A DNA stretch of 62,939 bases, filler included, from Craspedostauros australis (Eukaryota), in NCBI GenBank assembly GCA_030167865.1. It is 10 parts of 10 records of this genome, joined end to end, with 100 filler letters (N's around TTAATTAATTAA, not from the genome) between each part and the next. Parts side by side here need not be neighbours in the genome. Positions count along the whole stretch, not along the records: positions 49,650 to 57,483 come from JALAGF010005783.1; positions 57,584 to 62,939 come from JALAGF010005784.1; 8 more parts are not named here. One strand, written 5' to 3'. The position numbers and the translations under genes were made by a program. This document shows positions 55,568-62,939 of the stretch, piece after piece (the first letter of the stretch is position 1; every line of letters starts with the position of its first letter). The notes beneath the pieces are model-generated. The model was not told the origin of the DNA. It searched no databases and saw only the letters and a list, made by a program, of their open reading frames with translations.

Positions 55568-57483
55568 ATGAGTATCCCATCGCCACCCTCCAACATCAAC
55601 CCCGCCATTGCTGCCGATGATATCGAAGCCAGCATCGTCAACGTCATCACCACTGAGCATGAAATCATCCACCAATCCATAAAGGAGAAGTCTTTCATCG
55701 ACCATATCAAGTTCGTCGTCGAGCTCAAGTCCGACACCGTCTTCTCCACCTGGTACAACGACAAGGGAAAGGCAGTGAACAACTACACCTTCCAGCAGCT
55801 TTGGGATGAAGCGGGGCACTGCGCCCACCTCCTTCGCAATAAATGGGGCACCAACAAAGGTGATCGCGTCGTCCTCTGCTACGACTTTGGTCTGCACTTC
55901 TTCGCTGTCTTCTTGGGATGTCTCCGTGCAGGCGTGACTGCCGTGCTGGTCTACCCTCCGGGACCTCCGCTCGTCAAATCGCTCACCAAGATGAACAAGG
56001 TGGTCGAGGATTGCGCTCCAGCACTCATCCTCACCCAAACATCCATCAATCTCCTTCGAGCCGCCGATCGCGCCAACCCAGCATCCAAGAGCCGCGCCAT
56101 GTGGCCGAGCGGTGTCAAGTACCAAGTTACCGATCGCATCATCCGTCACGATCCGTTCATCGCCAACAAGAGCAACAACAACAAAAGCAACAGTAACAGC
56201 AAGAGCAACAACAACTCCAAGCAGACACAGAAAGGCCTCCTTTCCAACCTCATCTCTGGCCGCTTCTCGTCGCCGCCACCGTCCTTCGATGAACCAAACA
56301 TTGAGGGGTCGGATCTGGCGTTCCTCCAGTACACATCCGGGAGCACCGGCAATCCCAAGGGCGTCATGGTCACCCACAAAGCACTGCAGGCCAACATCGA
56401 GCTCGGACAGAGCTACTGGTTCGCTTCATTTCAAGACCAGCTGGGTGATACGAGCAACATCCCAAAGCGCATCGCCATATGCTCTTGGTTGCCGCAGTAC
56501 CATGACATGGGCCTCATCGAGATGGGCATTGCTCCATTGGCAGGCGCCTTTCGTTCCCACATGATATCCCCCGTCGCATTCATCCGCAACCCGGTGCTCT
56601 GGATTGACCTCATGTCACAACACAAGTGCCACATCAGCGCCGCTCCTGACTTCGCCTATCGGTTGGTCACCCGCAAGTTCAACGAGGCCAAGACAAATCT
56701 TACGCACAAGCTGGACCTCTCCAGCGTACTTCATTTCCAGAATGCCGCAGAGCCAATCCGGCTGGACACGGAGAAAGGGTTCGCCGATGCATTCTGTCCG
56801 TATGGCTTGCGCAAGGACTGGTTCCTCGCAGCGTATGGACTGGCGGAGAACGTCGTTGGTGTCAGCTGCAATCATAACTCTCATCTTTCCACTATCCGCG
56901 AAGGTGAAGATCTGCAGTCATTCATCGCCATCGCACAGCGCAGCAATCTGCACAGCTCCATCGATATCATCATCGTGGACCCGGATACCCGAGTACAATG
57001 TCCAGACAGCGTCACAGGAGAGATCTGGATCGCCGGGGCCTCTGTGACAGCCGGATACTACAATCGGCCACAGCTCACCGCCGAAATCTTCCAAGCTACA
57101 CTCAAAGGCGATTCATCATCCGACACCAATACCGATCGCAAAGTGTACTTGCGAACGGGAGACTACGGATTCTACCAAGATGACTATCTCTACATCTGCG
57201 GACGCAAGAAGGACATCATCATCGTCAATGGTGTCAACTACTATCCGCAAGATATCGAGCACGCCGTTGAAGAGGCATCATCTGCCGTCCGTCCAGGCTG
57301 TGTCGCAGCATTCTCATCAGATGAATCAGGCAACGATGGACAGCTCGAGATCGTCTTTGAGATCCGAGCCAATCGTGCAGACGATGCTGCAACAGTCTGT
57401 CAGGAGATCAGAAAGGCCGTGATGGAGCACATCGGATTGACACCTGTCACAATCGCAGCTGTGGAAGAACGCACCATATCCAA
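55568..57483 (+). CDS. Fatty acyl-AMP ligase (FAAL)-type adenylation domain, 3'-partial; probably the N-terminus of a multidomain NRPS-like protein
   Basis: LAFLQYTSGSTGNPKGVMVTH, SWLPQYHDMGLI, AAEPIR, YGLAE, GEIWIAGASVTAGYY, LRTGDYG and GRKKDIIIVNGVNYYPQDIE are FAAL-type signatures. Confidence 0.9.
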
Positions 57484-57583
57484 NNNNNNNNNNNNNNNNN
57501 NNNNNNNNNNNNNNNNNNNNNNNNNNNTTAATTAATTAANNNNNNNNNNNNNNNNNNNNNNNNNNNNNNNNNNNNNNNNNNNN

Positions 57584-59051
57584 CAGATACTGCAACATCA
57601 TCGTCGAATCCAAGTGCGATATCTTGGAGAAGATCGATGCCTACCACACACTGGCAGACATCGCTGCAGCAGAGCACAAGAGAGATGACAAGGAATCCGC
57701 TGCAGTACAGCTTTGCTTGAGCGTCCTAGCAATGTTGGGATGCAACATACCAAAGCCCGGGATGAAACGAACATTTGCGATCATCTCTGGACTCCTCAAG
57801 GTGAAGCGTGCCGCTCGTTCGTTGACATCGGAATCCATTGCAAAGCTCCCGCTGAATGAAAATGAGAAGGAGGAAGCAGTGATGAGCACGTTGGGTAAGC
57901 TTGTCACGCTTTGCTACCTCGCCGACCCAGAGCTCATACCCATCATCGCCCTCAAGACTTTTCAACGAACGTTCAAGTACGGCATGTCCGAGCATTCCCC
58001 GATCGCCTTCATCTTCCTGGGCCTCATAACGGGATCAGCCATGGGCGATGTCAAGGCACGTGAGAATCTGGGACGAGCTTCACTTGATATTCTGAGAAAG
58101 CTAGATCACCCCGCCACCCAACCTGCAATTATCTTCAATTTCTACTCGTTGATACAGCACTGGAACCAGCCATTGGAAGAGATCAAAGAGCCGTTCATGG
58201 AGGCGTATCGCACGGCCACGGCATGTGGCGATTTGGAAACTGCGTCGTGGAGCATCTCCAATTACATCGCGTTCTCCTTTTTTGACGGAACTCGGCTTTC
58301 CCAAGTCGATGCCGATTGCGCCATGTACGCCAAAGTGATGCTGGATTTCAAGCAGACCCAGCAGCATCACTTCCTGTCGATGGCGTGGCAGAGGGTTATG
58401 AACCTCCGCGGCACATCCAAGCATACCGTCCTCCTCATCGGGGACGCCTTCGACGAACGCAAGGGCACCGACGATACGGTTGGCTTGATGGCCAACACTC
58501 AGAAGCACGCACTCGCCATGAGCAAAGCAGAGCTATGCTCCCACTTCGGCGAATACGAGATGGGCGCCAATCTCGCAGCCCCATCCGTTTTCGCCTTCGC
58601 CAAGGCGACAATGGGCACGTTCGCCCCGGCCCCAAACTTTTTTCGCACAGCGCTGAATTGTCTGGCTGCATCACAACAAGGCGCCAAATCGAGGCGGAAA
58701 TACCTCAGGACGGCCCAGCAATGCACAAAGCAGCTGAAGGTGTGGAACAAGCAGGGCCATCCCAACTGCCCCCACTACCTCACAATTCTAGATGCCGAAG
58801 AACAATTCCTGCGCGGAAAGCACAGCAAAGCCGTCACAGCTTATACGCAGGCCATCCAAAGCACATCGCAGCGTGGGTATGTTCATGATCAGGCACTGGC
58901 GAATGAGAGACTTGCAGATTGTTTGATGGATTACGGTCGTTGCGATGACGCAAAGTATCGGTACGGAGAGTCATCGAGGTTGTACAGGGAGTGGGGGGCC
59001 TTGAAGAAGGTGGAAGTGCTGAAGGCAAAGACACAGGACCTGTTTGGGTAA
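57584..59051 (+). CDS. 5'-partial: C-terminal helical/TPR-like region of a COG3899-like AAA-ATPase protein
   Basis: KYGMSEHSPIAF, QHWNQPL...AYR...GDLETA, AYTQAI...GYVHDQALANERLA...LYREWGALKKVEVL. Confidence 0.8.
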
Positions 59052-59111
59052 AGAGGGCGAGCACCGGGGAGAAGTGAAATAGAGTAGCCACAGATGCATA
59101 GTCGTACTATC

Positions 59112-60770
59112 TAGTGCCTCAAAGCGCCAGCTGTAGCCAACGCCATTGGCGATTTTTGGCGATTTTTGGATCACAGAAACTGCTCTGTAGAATGTACTAA
59201 TAGAGCCCAAACGTAATGGCTGTTGTCTTGTTGGCTGTTCTTTAGCTGTAGGCAGAGGCTTGACTGGCAAGCGATCCGGACGAGAGTCTTCTGTTCCACA
59301 AGTAGTCAATTTAGAATACTGGTAGATGGTGAAAAAACATGCGGATTATGAGATTAGTGCAATTATTCTTGTTCATGTGACACCCTGTGTGGGTTGCCCT
59401 GGAAAAGGGTCGTAGGGTTTGCGNNNNNNNNNNNNNNNNNNNNNNNNNNNNNNNNNNNNNNNNNNNNNNNNNNTTGCCCTGGAAAAGGGTCGTAGGGTTT
59501 GCGTAGCCCAAGTACCACAGGAGGGGGCCCTTTTGTTGGGTTGCTGTCAGAAAAGGGTGTAGGGTTTGCGTAGCTCCAGTACCAGGGGAAAGTTTCCCTC
59601 CATCAAGTTGGAAGCTGGGCGAAGGTCATCTTGCGTGTATTCCCACGTGGAACTGTACCGTGGATCCAGCAGTCTTGTATCGGCATCAAGTTTTTGGTGG
59701 GGAGGGGTTCCGATGACACAGTCATTGGGACCCTTTTTCATGGGTCCTGGACTTCAAAGAGTTTCTTCGAAGACTTGTGCCTGCTCCAAACATGGTTATG
59801 TCCGAAACGTGGTTCAGACCGATTCGTGGGAAAACGAGTCATGTGTTCCAGGAAATCCTTCCTTAGCCTAACTGCTAGTTTAGCTCTATTATGTACTACA
59901 CTTCTTACGTAAGTCCCGAACAAAAACAGACCAAAACAGCATCATTCATAGTCAAACTCTCCGGACTTAGCTCGTATAAGCCATCCTGTACTCGTCTCTC
60001 TATTGTAGAATCATATGGCGTTTATATATACAATACTTAAGTTGGGTGGCTGTTGCTCTCTTTCTCGGTGAGCACTGATGCCATCCATCAAGCACCCCCA
60101 TCATTCACGGACGTTGTTGGCTTCTGGTCGGCATGTTTTCTTGGTCGAGTTGTTCCAAAGAAGTGTTCCAACCGTCTATGACGTCACGATGACGCAATCA
60201 TTGGAACCAGAAATCTCCAAACTTGCCACCGAAAGTGTGGATCGGAGTGGTCAAATATCATTCCGACCTCCATGGGTGCACTAAACGCAAGCATACCACC
60301 ATACCATCGTACTCAAACATACTATAGACCATATGGTCGTGACCGTCTCAGAAAGAGGATTCTTAAATGATATCTATTGTACAGATTGGGCCAAAGACCG
60401 CTAAGTCCGGAGACTTCAAAGATGGAGAGTCGAATTTCTCGAAAAAAGAGGCAAGATCCTGCCTGACTCCTGTAGAATCCTACTTGTAGCCAACTGTAGC
60501 CAATGACAATCCGGTCCGTCCGTCATCCGAAGGCAAAACCACACCAAGGGGGTCAACAAACAGATAAAGATCGACGAGATGGTAGTAACAACAAGATAAT
60601 GTTATTGCTTTCCTAGATAGCCCTTTCTCTTAAGTTTACGTAGATGCAAAGAGATATTCGATTGAGTGTCTATAACTTTAAGTCTGAGATCGGGAAAATT
60701 GGATCCAAAATCTGTAGCCAAAAATCGCCAAAAATCGCCAATTTTTGGGGTCTGTTTCTTTGAGGCACTA
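59112..60770. mobile_element. Non-autonomous hAT-type DNA transposon
   Basis: TIRs TAGTGCCTCAAAG / CTTTGAGGCACTA; inverted subterminal repeats ATTGGCGATTTTTGGCGATTTTTGG / CCAAAAATCGCCAAAAATCGCCAAT; 8-bp TSD GTACTATC / GTGCTATC (7/8). Confidence 0.88.
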
Positions 60771-61394
60771 GTGCTATCGTGAACAGTTTATGAGCCCATT
60801 CAGTCACAAACCAACGAGTCGCGGGGGGAGACATTTTTGGCCAGTTGGTCCGTCCTTCCGAGGCTCTCGCAGTGCGCCGTGTTGTAGCAATGCTCCGTCG
60901 GTCCGACTTTTTGACGAGAACCGTCAATCTTCNGTCAATGCCGGTTCAACAAAAACGGGTTGCAGCAAGACTTCGTGTTGATGGTCCACCCAACATTTCC
61001 ACCCAATTTGGGCCATGTTTTTGTTGTTCTCGTTCGGCAGGTCGCGGAGTTGTGTTGTGCAAGCGGGCATGCTCGTTTTGGCGAGAACCATCACCATCGC
61101 CTGTAGATTTAGTACTGGATGTTTTTATCACACATCCGAGCCGTCGCTGCCTGAACCTTCGCGATTGCTGGTGGTCGTGTTGACAGACAGACATATATTT
61201 TGCGCTTTTTACTGTTGTCGGTGCGAGTCATTTTTGCTTCGGGTGTTTTTTCAGTCCGGTCGGGTGATCATGGTGGCCGACAGAGGAGGTTTGCACAACA
61301 AGAAAAGTCGCCAACGCAGAAAACCAGCCAAACAAAGTGCCGAAGCGCACACCAATTTGATTTGTAAGTGGTATAGTTTACAGTGAAAGCTGGC

Positions 61395-62465
61395 ACGCCC
61401 CTTCATCTTGAGGATGACTCCCGTCGAACAGAGCAGTGATGAAAGTGGCGAGTGCTGGTCTCGCCAGTGCTTTTGTGAGCATCTCTGCAAAGTTTTGTGC
61501 TGGCGGAACATATACCGGCACTTGCATACCAGCTCACACAGATTCGCGGACTTTGCAAAATGATATCGCTGCATGCTTCTTTTGTAGCAGGCTCTCTGTG
61601 ATCGTCGTGTTCAAGATCGCAGCATTGTTGTCACATGATGCAATTACTGGCAACTTGACTTGCACCCTCAGCAATTGGAGTGCACATTGTAGCACAATGG
61701 TCTCTTCTGCCACGGATCCCATGACATTGAATTCGGCACTGTATGTTGAAGTTGCAGCTGATGATTGCCTCTTGCTTGAGAAGTATACTGGTGTTCTTCC
61801 AAGGCATAGAATGATGCCAGCATTGGATCTTCATGTGACTNNNNNNNNNNNNNNNNNNNNNNNNNNNNNNNNNNNNNNNNNNNNNNNNNNATTGCCTCTT
61901 GCTTGAGAAGTATACTGGTGTTCTTCCAAGGCATAGAATGATGCCAGCATTGGATCTTCATGTGACTCAATCGTTTGCATGATCGCCATCGACGAATGCA
62001 TACATTGGCAGTTGTAGGTAGATCAGCTTTGGCGATCTGTTGTCGATTTCCTCTGATGCTTCCGGGTATTCCTCCTTCATCTGCGAGGCCATTTCTGGAT
62101 TGGATGGTGTTGCATTGAAGTTGTCAAATATCATCGGGCAAGAGCCAATCTGTGTTTGCAATGTGGACTTGTGCTCCAGATATCCCCATACTTTGATGGC
62201 TCTCTCAAGGCGTCCTTTGCGAGATGATGCAGCGAAACGTGAAAGTGAAGAAGTTGCAAATGCAAAATCAAAACGTCCAAGTTGAACAACTCGGTTCATC
62301 ATCCCGATGAGCTGCTGGAACTGGTGTTGTTAGTCAGGTGTTAGTAGTTTGGAGTCATCCGTTTCCAGATGATTCTTGTTCTGCATGGGACCATGTTGGT
62401 TGTGTATTGATCCATGTTGTTGTTCCAACTTGTCCAGTGCATTTGCAATGTATTTGCTGCAGGCA
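61395..62465 (-). pseudogene. Degenerate copia RT C-terminus/RNase H with stops and frameshifts, followed by a PPT-like tract
   Basis: HLETDDSKLL...*QHQFQQLIGMMNRVVQLGRFD, FVDGDHAND*, YSAEF, CDN, KKHAAISF; then AAGATGAAGGGGCG-TG. Confidence 0.8.
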
Positions 62466-62939
62466 GGCTTGCGGCAGATACTGTGATAACGCCTGATCCA
62501 CAGCCACCGTTGGACCTCAAGAAGCCAATCGGCCACATGAATGATGTCATTATGCTTCCGCTGACGCTGCACGAGAGTGCCAGCATGCACCCTGCGGCAT
62601 TGGCTGCAGTGGGTCGCCGTCAGTGTGTCCACATGGCATGTCATGATGCTCAAAATGTCAAGCCATCCCAACAATACGGCATTTCACATCGACATGTTGT
62701 CATCTGGCAACCATCCACCTGCTGACATCACCTGGAACAGCATGAACGACGGAGAGCAGCTACATGCCTTCGACATCGCCCCTGGACATCGTGCTTGTCG
62801 CATTCCATAGTGATGATCCAGACTGTGGCATTCATGTCTCATGGATAGCAGCGAGCATGAGGTGTGGACCCTGGGCAATGTGGCATATTGGCAAGTTCCG
62901 CTCACGGATACTCTTGCGACTGTTGACGGTGGTGGTGGT

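Noticed and set aside
19030..57483. BBE oxidase plus FAAL/NRPS as one biosynthetic gene cluster
   Set aside because: They lie on different scaffolds separated by several artificial linkers.
59405..59575. TAGGGTTT motifs as telomeric repeats
   Set aside because: Only three dispersed copies (one probably gap redundancy) inside the hAT element; not a tandem telomere tract.

Overview
Eukaryotic draft-assembly sequence, most likely from a diatom (inferred from CoDi-type Ty1/copia elements, DUF6824-like domains and intronless genes). It is not one locus. Nine artificial 100-nt spacers (44 N + TTAATTAATTAA + 44 N) join ten unrelated scaffolds: 1-1274, 1375-3896, 3997-22177, 22278-29231, 29332-39145, 39246-41156, 41257-48291, 48392-49549, 49650-57483 and 57584-62939. 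Many internal ~50-N gaps are flanked by redundant near-duplicate sequence. Host genes: a tandem array of three CRAL-TRIO/SEC14-like + DUF6824-like genes; a DHX35-like DEAH helicase; a secreted, probably GPI-anchored BBE-like FAD oxidase; a Pls/PosA-type NRPS terminal module followed on the same gap-free contig by a fatty acyl-AMP ligase (FAAL) gene start; and the C-terminus of a COG3899-like ATPase/TPR protein. The rest is mostly transposon-derived: several copia fragments of two lineages, a non-autonomous hAT element with TIRs and an 8-bp TSD, a Harbinger-like transposase start, a ~2-kb foldback element and a ~2-kb macro-repeat carrying (TGCACA)n. The best leads are the FAAL/Pls-like NRPS pair and the CRAL-TRIO-DUF6824 array. 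All family assignments come from motif recognition by eye; no searches were run.
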